DNA of 64,000 nt from an uncultured virus (IMG/VR IMGVR_UViG_3300026479_000008) (taxonomy: Duplodnaviria > Heunggongvirae > Uroviricota > Caudoviricetes). The first letter of the stretch is position 1. The number at the start of each line of letters is the position of its first letter. The stretch is from the IMG/VR virus record IMGVR_UViG_3300026479_000008; one strand, written 5' to 3'. This document shows, in pieces, positions 1 to 9,855 of the stretch. Below the pieces are notes generated by a model, which saw only the letters and a program-made list of their open reading frames with translations, had not been told where the DNA came from and searched no databases. The position numbers were made by a program, and so were the translations under genes.

Positions 1-63
1 TTCAGTTTCTTCTACTGCTTCAGTTTCTTCTTCTTCAGTTTCTTCTACTGCTTCAGTTTCTTC
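1..63. repeat. Coding direct repeat (30 nt, period 33) encoding EETEAVEETE
   Basis: ttcagtttcttctactgcttcagtttcttc at 1-30 and 34-63. Confidence 0.85.
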
Positions 64-1488
64 TACGAATTCTTCTGCATTTTCTTTATCTTCAGCATCA
101 ACGTCTTCAACTTTATAAGTTTCTCCGTCTACTGTAAATTCTTTTTCTCCGTCTGCGATTGCTTTTGCTCTTGCAGCACCAAATGCATTTCCTTCTTCAA
201 CGTCTTCTTCTTCAGTTTCTTCAACTGCTTCAACGTCTTCTTCTTCAGAAATTTCTTCGTCACCTGCATCGTCAACTGTGTCTTCTAATTCGTCTTCTAA
301 CTCGTCAGATTTGTCTTCAACTTCTGCACCGTGATCTAATTCATTATCTTCAGCATCAACTGTAGGTTCAGTAACATCTGTAGAATCGTCTTCATCTTCA
401 ATTTCTTCAACTTCTTTACCAGCTTCATCTTCTAGTAATAAGTTAGAATTAACTGTTTCTGCAACGTATTCTGCGTATTCAGTAACTTTTTCTAAATTTT
501 CTTTTAAGTATTCAATATACTTTAATAAGCCTTCATGAGTTGTTGCACCTTCATTATAAGATTCTGCTAAATAATTAGTATAGTCTTTAATTGATTCAAC
601 ACCTTCAGCAACATGCTCAGTATATGCAACGCTATTATCTAATTTCTCAGATATTTCGTTATTTGTAGTTATTGTATTATCTAAGTTTTCAGCAAGGTAT
701 GCAGAATACTCGATAGTCTTTTCTAATTTCTCAGCAAGATAGTTTGAATATTCTTTAACGCTTTCAACTTCAGACTTTACAGATTCATCACTATTTAAAG
801 ATTCCATTCCCTCTTTAATAGTTTTTATTTCGCTTGATAAATACTGTGAATATTTATTAAAATCATCAGTACTTACGAATTTTGATTCAGCCATTTTGTT
901 TTCAGTTTTATTTTCGGTTGTTAAAAGTTCTTTTGTATTTCCAATTTCATAAATTTGAATGCTAGAATCGTTATCAAATCCGAAAGATTCGTTAACTCTT
1001 TTTAATTCAGCATTTTCAAAGCCAGGATCTGCAACTAAATCATAAGTGAATAATTGCTTAATTTTAACAGTCCCGTTAGATTCAACTGTACCAGCTGCTC
1101 TAGATGAAATTTGTAAAGGAACACCAGCATCAACCAAAGCTTTAGCCTGACGACCAGCTTCAGTATCAAGTAATCTGATTTTACCTTTTACTTGTTTTGT
1201 TTCGCTATCATAGGATAATTCTTCAATAACGTGAGATACGTTTTTTAAAGATACATCAAATGTTTGTGGGTGATCTAATTCTCCTAAAAGTTTAGAAGAA
1301 CCTATTTTAGATTGAAGAGCTTCAATTTGTGGAACATATTCTGACTCAGTATAGATTCTATTATTTCTATTCTTTTTGTCAATTTCTCCAAATATACCTT
1401 CAAGGACATAAGCCCCATCACCATCTTGTTTGAATTCTAATTCACTAGAAGATCTTTCTAGGATTAATAGATTGTTTTTTGTATTCAT
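1..1488 (-). CDS. gp21: Prohead protease (T4 gp21-like) fused to acidic scaffold/prohead-core region; runs off the left edge
   Basis: Absent from the ORF track; translated by hand from ATG at 1488: MNTKNNLLILERSS...LEGIFGEIDKKNRNNRIY...LLGELDHP...VSHVIE...ISSRAAG...YDLVADPGF (gp21 motifs). The frame stays open through YLAE repeats and an E/D-rich tract to base 1. It lies downstream of the portal as in T4. Confidence 0.9.
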   Translation of the reverse strand, partial: MNTKNNLLILERSSSELEFKQDGDGAYVLEGIFGEIDKKNRNNRIYTESEYVPQIEALQSKIGSSKLLGELDHPQTFDVSLKNVSHVIEELSYDSETKQVKGKIRLLDTEAGRQAKALVDAGVPLQISSRAAGTVESNGTVKIKQLFTYDLVADPGFENAELKRVNESFGFDNDSSIQIYEIGNTKELLTTENKTENKMAESKFVSTDDFNKYSQYLSSEIKTIKEGMESLNSDESVKSEVESVKEYSNYLAEKLEKTIEYSAYLAENLDNTITTNNEISEKLDNSVAYTEHVAEGVESIKDYTNYLAESYNEGATTHEGLLKYIEYLKENLEKVTEYAEYVAETVNSNLLLEDEAGKEVEEIEDEDDSTDVTEPTVDAEDNELDHGAEVEDKSDELEDELEDTVDDAGDEEISEEEDVEAVEETEEEDVEEGNAFGAARAKAIADGEKEFTVDGETYKVEDVDAEDKENAEEFVEETEAVEETEEEETEAVEETE

Positions 1489-1513
1489 ATATTTTAATAC
1501 TATGTTTGTTGTT

Positions 1514-1521
1514 TATATATC
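1514..1521 (-). promoter_or_regulatory. Putative late promoter GATATATA upstream of the protease
   Basis: The same octamer recurs just upstream of 10 minus-strand genes, mostly virion genes. Confidence 0.7.
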
Positions 1522-1550
1522 TTTTGAAGAATAATGATTTTTCATTTTTT

Positions 1551-1919
1551 CTATATTTCTAAATCTCCTAGCTCATCTTCTAAGCCTCCAGCACCTTCTT
1601 CGCCACCTTCTTCCTTCTTAGCAGCTTCTTCCTCCTCAGTTTCCTTAGCCTTTACTTCTGTTTCAACTTCTAAATAATAAGTGACTAGAGTTTGCATATC
1701 TTCTTCGGTAAATGCGTTATTACCGTATTCTTTATAAAAATATTCTTTGAATTCTTTCTCTGTTTTACTTGTATTTATTACTCCTATAATTTCAGCAGAT
1801 TTAATCTTTTCACCTGAATCTAAAAGAATATCATCTACTATTACATCTGAATCGTCTCCGACTTCTAGTGCATCTTCTGTTAAATTAGAGTAGTTTTTAA
1901 ATGTTTTTAAGTGTTTCAT
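1551..1919 (-). CDS. Small acidic prohead core/internal protein (position of T4 gp67/gp68)
   Basis: 122 aa between portal and protease; N-terminus MKHLKTFKNYSNLTE resembles a capsid-targeting peptide; acidic C-terminus. Confidence 0.55.
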   Translation of the reverse strand: MKHLKTFKNYSNLTEDALEVGDDSDVIVDDILLDSGEKIKSAEIIGVINTSKTEKEFKEYFYKEYGNNAFTEEDMQTLVTYYLEVETEVKAKETEEEEAAKKEEGGEEGAGGLEDELGDLEI

Positions 1920-1941
1920 TGCTAATTATATATTCTTTTTT

Positions 1942-3537
1942 CTAGAATCCCATGTCCATAGGGTCCACCTCAGGTTCTTCTGCTTCTTCAGAAGCTTGTC
2001 TTTGTTTATAAGCTTCGTTTGCAGCTTTATCGTCAGGGGATAATTTTAAATATCTGTCTACTAAGAATTCCATATCAAAGTAAGGCATTTCTTCCATAGT
2101 AACTGGATCTGTTTTCATTAGAGAATCTTGCATTGTAGATATAAAGTCTAATCGTTTCTCCATGATTTCCATTTGTTTTAATTCAGCAAACATATTCTCT
2201 TCATTAAATTGAATAGCTATTTGAGTTCTAAAACCTGCATCATCTTTAAATTCAGGAAATTTAAGACACATTTGTAACCATAGGGGTTTTACTAAAATTT
2301 CTTGGAAAGAAGAACGTAATCTTTTGATAAATTTAGAAAACTTAATTTCATCTCTAATCATACCATCAGCTGCAAGGTTAAAGTCACCTCCACCGTCTTC
2401 GTACATGAATCTATTGAATGGTATTTTAGAAACCATTTTTAATTTATCATTAAAATATTTAAGTGCTTCTGTATCTGATAATTCGGGACCGTCTCCTCCT
2501 AAAGTTTCAATCTCTGGAGATTCTCCTTCTTTAGATGGTAACCAATATTCTTTGTTAAATTGGAGCATTGGTTTTCCATTAGTTGCTAATGTAGCTGAAT
2601 CCCAATCAAAATCTACAACTTCTTTATAATTACCCATTAATTGAGCAAGAGATTGTTTAGCTCTTGTTTTAGATTTACCACCAACTGGAATAATAAACTT
2701 CATTCTATATGATGAGTTTGTAACCGCCCAGATAACTCTAGTATGTTCCATTATTCTCATCAGGTTAAATGATCTTATAAGTCTTTCTAAGTAACTTACT
2801 CTCGAGGCAGTGGTTATTGAAGAATAAGAAAGATAGATAATCTGTGAATCATACAGGACTCTCTCCTTAACAGGATCGTCCTTAAATTGAACCCATACTT
2901 TTTTACCATCATCTTTATTATAACCTGGCATTAGTGTAATAGGATCTATTTCCTTAAATCCTATAATCTGATCTTGATCTGGGCTGTAAATAATTTCAAA
3001 AGAAAGATATCCGTCAATTAAGAATTTTCTAAAGAAGTACCATGCCGATTGATCTGAATTAAATCCAAAATATTGATATAAATCTCTGTATGATTTATTT
3101 AAGTACTTTGTAACTTCTTCTGAAACATCCATTCCTATAAGTTCTGGATTTCCAATAAAGTTCTTATTGTCATACACGATAGATTCATCACATAAGATAT
3201 CTAATATATCTTCTATTTCATCATGTGTAGAAAATCTTCTTAATTCTTCTCTTTTACCTTCATAACCTTGGTCAAAGAAAGGAATATTTTTTCTCATATT
3301 GGTATCTGCCATCGATAATGCAGCAAATGCCCCATACATGTTATCGTCATCTAGACCCATCTGATTCATTTGGCCGTAACCAAATTCATCTTCTACAGGG
3401 CCTATTGCCTGAGATTGTCTTAAGACTAAATCATCGTAATACATTCCGAAAGACGAGAGTCTTTTTAATGTATCACTTAGTGTGAATGATCTTTTACCAG
3501 TACTTAATGGTCCGTTTCTTTCTATAAATCCTGCCAT
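1942..3537 (-). CDS. gp20: Portal protein (T4 gp20-like)
   Basis: 531 aa; motifs FRKFLIDG, SYLERLIRSFNLMRIMEHTRVIWAV, EYWLPSKEG-SPEIETLGG, RDEIKFSKFIKRLR. Confidence 0.92.
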   Translation of the reverse strand: MAGFIERNGPLSTGKRSFTLSDTLKRLSSFGMYYDDLVLRQSQAIGPVEDEFGYGQMNQMGLDDDNMYGAFAALSMADTNMRKNIPFFDQGYEGKREELRRFSTHDEIEDILDILCDESIVYDNKNFIGNPELIGMDVSEEVTKYLNKSYRDLYQYFGFNSDQSAWYFFRKFLIDGYLSFEIIYSPDQDQIIGFKEIDPITLMPGYNKDDGKKVWVQFKDDPVKERVLYDSQIIYLSYSSITTASRVSYLERLIRSFNLMRIMEHTRVIWAVTNSSYRMKFIIPVGGKSKTRAKQSLAQLMGNYKEVVDFDWDSATLATNGKPMLQFNKEYWLPSKEGESPEIETLGGDGPELSDTEALKYFNDKLKMVSKIPFNRFMYEDGGGDFNLAADGMIRDEIKFSKFIKRLRSSFQEILVKPLWLQMCLKFPEFKDDAGFRTQIAIQFNEENMFAELKQMEIMEKRLDFISTMQDSLMKTDPVTMEEMPYFDMEFLVDRYLKLSPDDKAANEAYKQRQASEEAEEPEVDPMDMGF

Positions 3538-3569
3538 GTGTTAAAATTACAATTGTATTATACTTCTCT

Positions 3570-4166
3570 TTATATATTCTTTTTTCTACGATGATCTTCA
3601 AATAATCTAATAAGCTGCTGTTTATCAATTCCCTGAAGAGAATCGAAGTCACATATTGCCATCTTACACCAATCTTTATAAGCTACTACAGCTTGATTAG
3701 TTTTTTTAGAAGGCTTATATCTTCTTATTGCAAAATCATATCCAAATGATTCAAGATATCTTTTTGCACCTTTATATGAAAATCTGGGTAAACCTTTTTG
3801 TTTTTTAGCGTCTTCCTTTTTAGAAGCGGATTTTATAGATGATTCGTATCTACCATATATCTCGTCTAAGAATTCTTCTCTAAATTTAGGAGGAAGCATT
3901 GTTATATTAATTCCTATGTCGTCTCCTTCATAAGGATCTAAGGCTAGAACAACAGGATTATCATCATACCATTTAATATCCTCTGTTATTGGGGTATATT
4001 CAAATACATACATTTTTCCTGGAACAAATCTAGATCTAATAGAACCCACTGCCTTTTCCTTTTTATCCTTTAAACTTTTTTGAAACCACTGTTCAGCCTC
4101 GTTGGCCGCCTTGGCCCTACCCTTGCCCTTTATTAATTTTTTTATTTCCTCTTTAATGTAGCCCAT
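3570..4166 (-). CDS. gp2: DNA end protector protein (T4 gp2-like)
   Basis: PGKMYVFEY...YDDNPVVL...GINITMLPPKFR...AIRRY; adjacent to gp4. Confidence 0.75.
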   Translation of the reverse strand: MGYIKEEIKKLIKGKGRAKAANEAEQWFQKSLKDKKEKAVGSIRSRFVPGKMYVFEYTPITEDIKWYDDNPVVLALDPYEGDDIGINITMLPPKFREEFLDEIYGRYESSIKSASKKEDAKKQKGLPRFSYKGAKRYLESFGYDFAIRRYKPSKKTNQAVVAYKDWCKMAICDFDSLQGIDKQQLIRLFEDHRRKKNI

Positions 4167-4641
4167 TTATTATAGTTTCTTCTGTTAGAACTATGAAGTT
4201 CCAATTTCTTTGAGAGCAGAATTCTTTAGCTGCATTATATTTATCCATATTTTTAACATATTGCTCTGCTAAAAATTTATATGACTTAAGAGCCTTCTTA
4301 GAATTTACTCTAGGAGGCTCTGGTTTTATTATCTGTTGCTTTGGTTTGATTTCTACTAGATATTCTTTAGTAGTTTTATCGGGCTGAATTGCCTTAAAAT
4401 AAAAATCAGGGTAATATTTCCTTTTGGTAGAATCTTGTCTAGACCAATATGGTATTTCAACTGGTTCGCTTGACCACATACTTACCTTTTCATTTTTGTC
4501 ACACCACATCATAAACTTACGTTCCCAGGAACTTCTATATATGATAGGAGTAGGTCCTGCATATTTAGAAGGATTATTAGGTTTATAATAACCTTGATTA
4601 AATCCTGAATTTTTAGTTGGTTTGACATTCTTTATTGACAT
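4153..4641 (-). CDS. gp4: Head completion nuclease (T4 gp4, TnsA-like)
   Basis: YKPNNPSKYAG..IIYRSSWERKFMMWCD...WSSEPVEIPY...YYPDF...LVEIKP...FIVLTE. Confidence 0.9.
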   Translation of the reverse strand: MSIKNVKPTKNSGFNQGYYKPNNPSKYAGPTPIIYRSSWERKFMMWCDKNEKVSMWSSEPVEIPYWSRQDSTKRKYYPDFYFKAIQPDKTTKEYLVEIKPKQQIIKPEPPRVNSKKALKSYKFLAEQYVKNMDKYNAAKEFCSQRNWNFIVLTEETIINGLH

Positions 4642-5024
4642 TAGATGCTATAAATTCCTGTTTGATTTTCAGAGTTGCCTGATCCTTTGTCTATAGATAG
4701 AGTTCCTTTGTATTTTTGAGGGTGAATCTTATTCCATCCTTTGGCGTATCCTCTCTTTGCTATCTCTGTGAAATAAGCAAATGCATTTGGATATTTAGGA
4801 TTGAAGTTTCTCCAATATTTTAAAAGGTCTAATATAGCGAATTGTAGACAATCGTTCCTATCATCTTCACTAACATACCTCATCCTATTGATCGCCTTTT
4901 CTGCCAAGAGAATTAGCATTTTTTCAGCATCTCTTGTTAATTTATCCTGTTCTTTTGAAAGGACCATTTGATCAAAGAGGTCTCTGTTATTTAAATAGTT
5001 TTTTGATTTTCTTCTTTTAGCCAC
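4641..5024 (-). CDS. gp55: Late-transcription sigma factor (T4 gp55-like), compact
   Basis: NYLNNRDLF...DCLQFAILDLLKYWRNFNPKYPNAFAYFTEIAKR matches the gp55 NF.P...NAFAYFT signature. Confidence 0.8.
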   Translation of the reverse strand: MAKRRKSKNYLNNRDLFDQMVLSKEQDKLTRDAEKMLILLAEKAINRMRYVSEDDRNDCLQFAILDLLKYWRNFNPKYPNAFAYFTEIAKRGYAKGWNKIHPQKYKGTLSIDKGSGNSENQTGIYSI

Positions 5025-5049
5025 AATGTTGTTGGTTTATTTATAGAGA

Positions 5050-5075
5050 TTATACTCAAAAATGTTAAAAAGTTT
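5050..5075 (-). promoter_or_regulatory. Putative pre-replicative promoter AAAC-N16-GTATAA upstream of gp55
   Basis: One of 8 copies with identical 16-nt spacing. Confidence 0.65.
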
Positions 5076-5083
5076 ATTAACCT

Positions 5084-5106
5084 AAAAAAGGGACCAATGG
5101 TCCCTT
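5084..5106 (-). terminator. Intrinsic terminator
   Basis: Minus strand AAGGGACCATTGGTCCCTTTTTT: hairpin plus U-tract. Confidence 0.75.
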
Positions 5107-5128
5107 CTCTATTTTACGATGATACGTC

Positions 5129-5881
5129 TTATGCGTTTAAAGCTTCGATCTTATCTTCCCATACTTTAATCTCTGAATTAATTAAAGCATCAGCAGCTTT
5201 AATTTCTTCAATTGATTTATCAGCTTCAGCTAATAAACCTCTTTGATCTTTTAAGAAAGAAATCATTTCTTCAAACTTTGAAATTTCTTCAGATTTCTTA
5301 GCAAGTTCTAAAGTTTCTCCTTCTAGCATTTCAATTACTACAGCTGAAGCGTCTTCTGAAGTTTCTGCTTTAATATAAGATACTGCTTCGTTAGCGGTAG
5401 CTGAAAAGAATTTATTTAATTTGGTGTCTTTGTTGAATCTTGAAATAAATAGATTTTCATCTAATTTAAATAAATCAACAGTGACACCTCCCTTCTTATA
5501 CGTGGTAGCGAAGTCTAAATACATGAAATTTTCTACAATAGTAGAAAGGCTTTCAAATAATTCAGCTTTATTTTTGTTGTCATATCTAACTAGTCCGCTG
5601 GCTAATACGTATGTTGAGAATGATTCAGTAATTTCAGATGTTCCATTGTAGAACTTTCCTTCTTCAATGTTGTAAATAAATTTTGAACCTTTGTTATACC
5701 ATTTGATATCGTTTCCTACTATATCGAAGTTTTCAAAAGCAGAAATTGCGTTTAAAAATTCTTTATTAGTTGGTCTTTCGATAATTTCAATGTTGTTTTC
5801 TTTTATTTCGTAAGCTCTATTATTTAAATAGAATTGAACGTTTTCTTCAATTTTTACGAAAGGTGCTAACATGTTTGTCAT
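5129..5881 (-). CDS. Hypothetical late protein with C-terminal coiled coil
   Basis: 250-aa ORF preceded by GATATATA at 5912-5919. Confidence 0.5.
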   Translation of the reverse strand: MTNMLAPFVKIEENVQFYLNNRAYEIKENNIEIIERPTNKEFLNAISAFENFDIVGNDIKWYNKGSKFIYNIEEGKFYNGTSEITESFSTYVLASGLVRYDNKNKAELFESLSTIVENFMYLDFATTYKKGGVTVDLFKLDENLFISRFNKDTKLNKFFSATANEAVSYIKAETSEDASAVVIEMLEGETLELAKKSEEISKFEEMISFLKDQRGLLAEADKSIEEIKAADALINSEIKVWEDKIEALNA

Positions 5882-5910
5882 TTTATTATTCGTTTAATTT
5901 TATTGTTTAA

Positions 5911-6804
5911 CTATATATCTGTATCGTTTTCATCAATTATGTTAGGATTGTCAGGTTGTGCCTGTGATTGCTCATCCTTTGCCTCTCCTTTATTAGATGT
6001 AATTGATTTTTGTTTTATTTCAAACATCCTATTTCCAGCGTGAAATTCAGAAGATCCACCTGAACCATATCTATATGCTCTAGATTCTCCAGATTCTCCA
6101 GATGATCCAGAACCTGGATTTCCGTCTGGCGTGTTTGAGAAAGAAGGTATAAATGAATTTACTTCTATTGGAAATGTTATTTTATATTTGTCTTTATCGT
6201 CGAATCCAAAATCTATTGGAGCCTCCACTGTATAATCATCCGGTAAAGAATAATACGAAGGTAATCTGTACGTTCCTTCTTCTAGATGTCCTACTTCTAT
6301 GTTAAAGTAATTAGATTTATATAATTTCTTTACTATCATTTCAGTAATCTTTAAAGAATCTAACATTGAAGATACTAAAACTTCTATGTCAAAATTTATT
6401 AAAATTGGAATCATTTCAAATTCAGAAGAATATGCTTGTAGAGCTCCTTCTTCATCAAGTCTAGAATAATTTCCCATTATTCTTTTATTGACTAGTTTAG
6501 AAGATTCTATAGATATTGAAGAAATTCTAGCGACTCCTCTTGGAATTACATCGTAATTTCCATCTGCAAACCCAGGATCAGGGTAGCAGTCATCGCCACT
6601 TGCTGTTGTAAATAGAAAATTATCTCTTAAAAATTGATCGTCTCCTGTGATCGAATAATAAAAAGGAACGTCTATATCCTTTCTCTCATTAGCGCTTACT
6701 TGTCTTTGAAACCAAACTTTATTATTTAAGTCTGCCAATAGACCGATAATTATATGCCTAATTACAGAATCGTCCGTGTTATATTTAAGATTATATGTAG
6801 CCAT
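5911..6804 (-). CDS. gp15: Tail sheath stabiliser/terminator (T4 gp15-like)
   Basis: SVIRHIIIGLLADLNN...IDVPFYY, PRGVARISSISIE, MIPILINFDIEV resemble the gp15 family. Confidence 0.6.
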   Translation of the reverse strand: MATYNLKYNTDDSVIRHIIIGLLADLNNKVWFQRQVSANERKDIDVPFYYSITGDDQFLRDNFLFTTASGDDCYPDPGFADGNYDVIPRGVARISSISIESSKLVNKRIMGNYSRLDEEGALQAYSSEFEMIPILINFDIEVLVSSMLDSLKITEMIVKKLYKSNYFNIEVGHLEEGTYRLPSYYSLPDDYTVEAPIDFGFDDKDKYKITFPIEVNSFIPSFSNTPDGNPGSGSSGESGESRAYRYGSGGSSEFHAGNRMFEIKQKSITSNKGEAKDEQSQAQPDNPNIIDENDTDI

Positions 6805-6807
6805 TTA

Positions 6808-8145
6808 TTATAGGTATCTTGTCGCTGCTCTTTGCCAGTTTGGTAAACCTGACATTTTTAAACCAGCTGCTTTAACGAATGTTCTCATAGAAATATCGTT
6901 TGCGTTTTTCATAAATTCGTAGATTTCTTCCTTTTCTTTAAGTGGCATCTCGGTAGGTTCTAAATGGGGTAATAACCTTTCCATTCTTTCCATTAAGGTT
7001 GCATCATCAGGATTTACATCTACTAAAATAGATCTAGATCTAATAGCTCCATCTGGATCTGCCTTTTCTTTTGCTAAATTCGAAATAAAAATTACTCTTC
7101 CTGCGAATTCAAATGAGTTAGGAACAATTCCATTTTCTTCTAATGTGAATGCTTCTTCAGGACTCACATCTTTAGGATCATATACTGCTTTAGTCTTTTT
7201 TAAATAAGAGATTTTTCTTACTTTCTTTGTATCTAATGCCGCTTTCATTAAGTTTCTACCGTTTTCATCTCTAAATACTGCATCACAGTCATCAAAGATT
7301 AATGTCTTATTTCTATATTGATAGAATTTCTTATACATCATAATAACAGATGCTGCACCTGAAACCATAACGTAATCTTCTTCGTCAACAAGACCTTCAT
7401 CTTTCATTGCTCTTTCTACATTATATGTTTTACCAGTACCTGCTCTACCTGAAATAAATAAAGAGTTAAATGCACCTGCAGCGACTCTTCTTGATATTTC
7501 GTAAATATCTTCCATTGTTTCTTCAAGATATTTAACCTTATCATTAAGTGTCATATCATTTTGTGTTTCAGCTGCGGTAGGTTTTACTACAACCTGCTGT
7601 CCTTTCTTAATATTCATGATTGAAGAATAAGGAACTTCTAATTCGTCTGCTATTTTATTAACGGCCATTCCAGCTGCTAATTTAGCCTCGATCATTTTAA
7701 TTTCTTCTTTAGAGAATGCTCTTTTAGTTCTTCTTTCTAATAACATTGACTCTTGTATAGATGCAACGTATTTTTTATCCATTAATCTAACGAATTCTCC
7801 AACTAATTTAACAATTGGGAATGTTTCAGATGAAATAGAAAAATCAGATTTAGCGTCTGCTGCATCTGAGAAATAGATTATAGAACCTACAATACCAGGG
7901 TTTTTTGCAGCAGCGGGAGTTACCATAAATGCCTCTGTACCTTTACTTGAGTAAAACATTACTCCAGAACCCATATCAGTTATCATTTCAAATGGAAACT
8001 TTTTAAAGTCCTTCTTTGTTTTCTTATTTACAAATCTTGCGATTATCGTAGCTGCTTTATTTAGAGAAGGATTTACAAGTTCTATTGAACCCGTTTTCAT
8101 AGCTTCATTTAAATACTGATCGTATTTTAAGATTTTATTATTCAT
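6808..8145 (-). CDS. AAA-family ATPase with HTH and N-terminal capsid-targeting-like peptide
   Basis: Walker A GRAGTGKT, Walker B LIFDDCD; HTH-like VNKIADELEVPYSSIMNIK; N-terminus KILKYDQYLNEA; GATATATA at 8173-8180. Confidence 0.75.
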   Translation of the reverse strand: MNNKILKYDQYLNEAMKTGSIELVNPSLNKAATIIARFVNKKTKKDFKKFPFEMITDMGSGVMFYSSKGTEAFMVTPAAAKNPGIVGSIIYFSDAADAKSDFSISSETFPIVKLVGEFVRLMDKKYVASIQESMLLERRTKRAFSKEEIKMIEAKLAAGMAVNKIADELEVPYSSIMNIKKGQQVVVKPTAAETQNDMTLNDKVKYLEETMEDIYEISRRVAAGAFNSLFISGRAGTGKTYNVERAMKDEGLVDEEDYVMVSGAASVIMMYKKFYQYRNKTLIFDDCDAVFRDENGRNLMKAALDTKKVRKISYLKKTKAVYDPKDVSPEEAFTLEENGIVPNSFEFAGRVIFISNLAKEKADPDGAIRSRSILVDVNPDDATLMERMERLLPHLEPTEMPLKEKEEIYEFMKNANDISMRTFVKAAGLKMSGLPNWQRAATRYL

Positions 8146-8181
8146 GTTTAAGTGAAATCTTTTTATTTGATTTATATATCT

Positions 8182-9855
8182 TTATTCTATAACCTCTATC
8201 TCGAGTTTAGAGAATCCATTTTCTCTATATATTTGTATCTTTTTATCAAATAATTCATGGGGAAGAACGGTGTGATTAATTACGAAAGTATTAATCTTAC
8301 TATCTTTAATAACCTGTGATAGAATTTTAAGAATATTATGGACTCCATCTGCATCTACTGAAGATAATAACTCGTCTAAGAATAAAAGATTTAATTGTGG
8401 AAATCTTAACTTAAGTATTTTAATGATAGCAATAATTATAATAAAGTCTGCCTTCTTTCTTTCACCTGTAGATAATGTAAGTGGATTGATCTCTTCTCCT
8501 AAATGATTAATAAGACAATTAAACTTTTCATCGAATCTTATATGGAAAGGTAAGTGCATTGTCTGACCCATTGCGGCAATATTAGCATTAAGACCTGGTA
8601 AAATAGTTTGAATTGCAAGGTTCTTAACGCCATCTTCACCTAGAACCTCTTCTATTATTTCTAAGAAATTATAGTTACCAGAAGTTTCATCCTTTAAATT
8701 TGACTTTGATGATTCTTGTATTTCGAATTCTTCAATGATTTGCTTTAAGTGTGAAAAATCATTATTAGAATTTAAAGAATCTTTTATCTTTACTAATTCA
8801 TTCTTTAAATTTCTAATGTTAGTATTAATAGTAGACACTTTATCGTTAATTGCCTTGTCCTTAATTCTTAAATCTGAAATATTAGATTTAATATCATTCA
8901 CCTTTGTTTCTGCCTTTGAGATATCAGAAGGAAGAGATTCTGCCTTAGACTCTATTTCTTTTTTTCTTTCTTGGTGAAAAGAAGAGGTTAGTTCGCCTTC
9001 ACATGTTGGACATTTATCAGTTTCATATAACGCTAGCTTTTTCTTTAATTCTACTAACTCATATTTAAGTGAAGTATATTTAGATTGTTTTTCCTGTAAG
9101 TCAGAAGAATTAGAAGTAATCATTTTAGATACTTTGGTGCTTGCCTCTTCTAATTTAATTCTATTAGAATCATATTTTTTAAGACTAGTTTTCAAAGATT
9201 CTATTTCTTCTTTGTTTTTAGTGTCAGCTTCTGCTAGTAATTGATTTAATTTCATATTAACTGAAACTATATTTTCACTAAGCTGGCTTAATTCTTTTTC
9301 ATAAGAATCTAATTCTATTTTAAGATCTCTTCTTTCATCTTTAATCTGCTTTTGCATATCATTAAGGATGGAGAATCCAAACATTTTATCGATGATTTGT
9401 CTTTTATCATGATTTGTCATTGTTAAGAACGACTTAAAATCATTTACAGATAAAATTATAATGTTTTTAAATACATGATATGGGATTCCGAATATCTCTT
9501 CTTCTAAATAATCCTGAACTGATTTCTTACCTGCTTTATCAAATTCAATTCCATTTAAAAGAACTTTAAATCTATTAGGCATCAAACCTCTCTCGATTTC
9601 TACTATAGTTCCTTTACATTGAAGTTCTATTCTTACCCATAATTCCTTATTAATTCTATTAGGAAGGTCCGCCATCTTAACACCTTCAACTTTACCGTAT
9701 AGCGCATATACTATTGCATTGGCGATGGTAGTTTTACCATGACCATTTTTACCAAGAGTTAATAACAACTCCGCTTTATCATCTTCGAATTCTATCCTTT
9801 GAATTGAATTTCCGTATGATGCAAAGTTTTTAAATTCTATTGATTTGATTTTCAT
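8182..9855 (-). CDS. gp46: Recombination nuclease ATPase subunit (gp46/SbcC/Rad50)
   Basis: GKNGHGKTT, zinc hook CPTC, signature LSTGE, LFLDE. Confidence 0.93.
   Translation of the reverse strand: MKIKSIEFKNFASYGNSIQRIEFEDDKAELLLTLGKNGHGKTTIANAIVYALYGKVEGVKMADLPNRINKELWVRIELQCKGTIVEIERGLMPNRFKVLLNGIEFDKAGKKSVQDYLEEEIFGIPYHVFKNIIILSVNDFKSFLTMTNHDKRQIIDKMFGFSILNDMQKQIKDERRDLKIELDSYEKELSQLSENIVSVNMKLNQLLAEADTKNKEEIESLKTSLKKYDSNRIKLEEASTKVSKMITSNSSDLQEKQSKYTSLKYELVELKKKLALYETDKCPTCEGELTSSFHQERKKEIESKAESLPSDISKAETKVNDIKSNISDLRIKDKAINDKVSTINTNIRNLKNELVKIKDSLNSNNDFSHLKQIIEEFEIQESSKSNLKDETSGNYNFLEIIEEVLGEDGVKNLAIQTILPGLNANIAAMGQTMHLPFHIRFDEKFNCLINHLGEEINPLTLSTGERKKADFIIIIAIIKILKLRFPQLNLLFLDELLSSVDADGVHNILKILSQVIKDSKINTFVINHTVLPHELFDKKIQIYRENGFSKLEIEVIE

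Noticed and set aside
1..260. Short tandem repeats as a possible CRISPR array
   Set aside because: They are codon-level repeats of an EETEAVEETE acidic tract, with no unique spacers and no cas genes.
6808..8145. AAA ATPase as clamp loader gp44
   Set aside because: It has an HTH and an extra N-domain and lacks the typical RFC/gp44 DEAD-type Walker B and SRC context.
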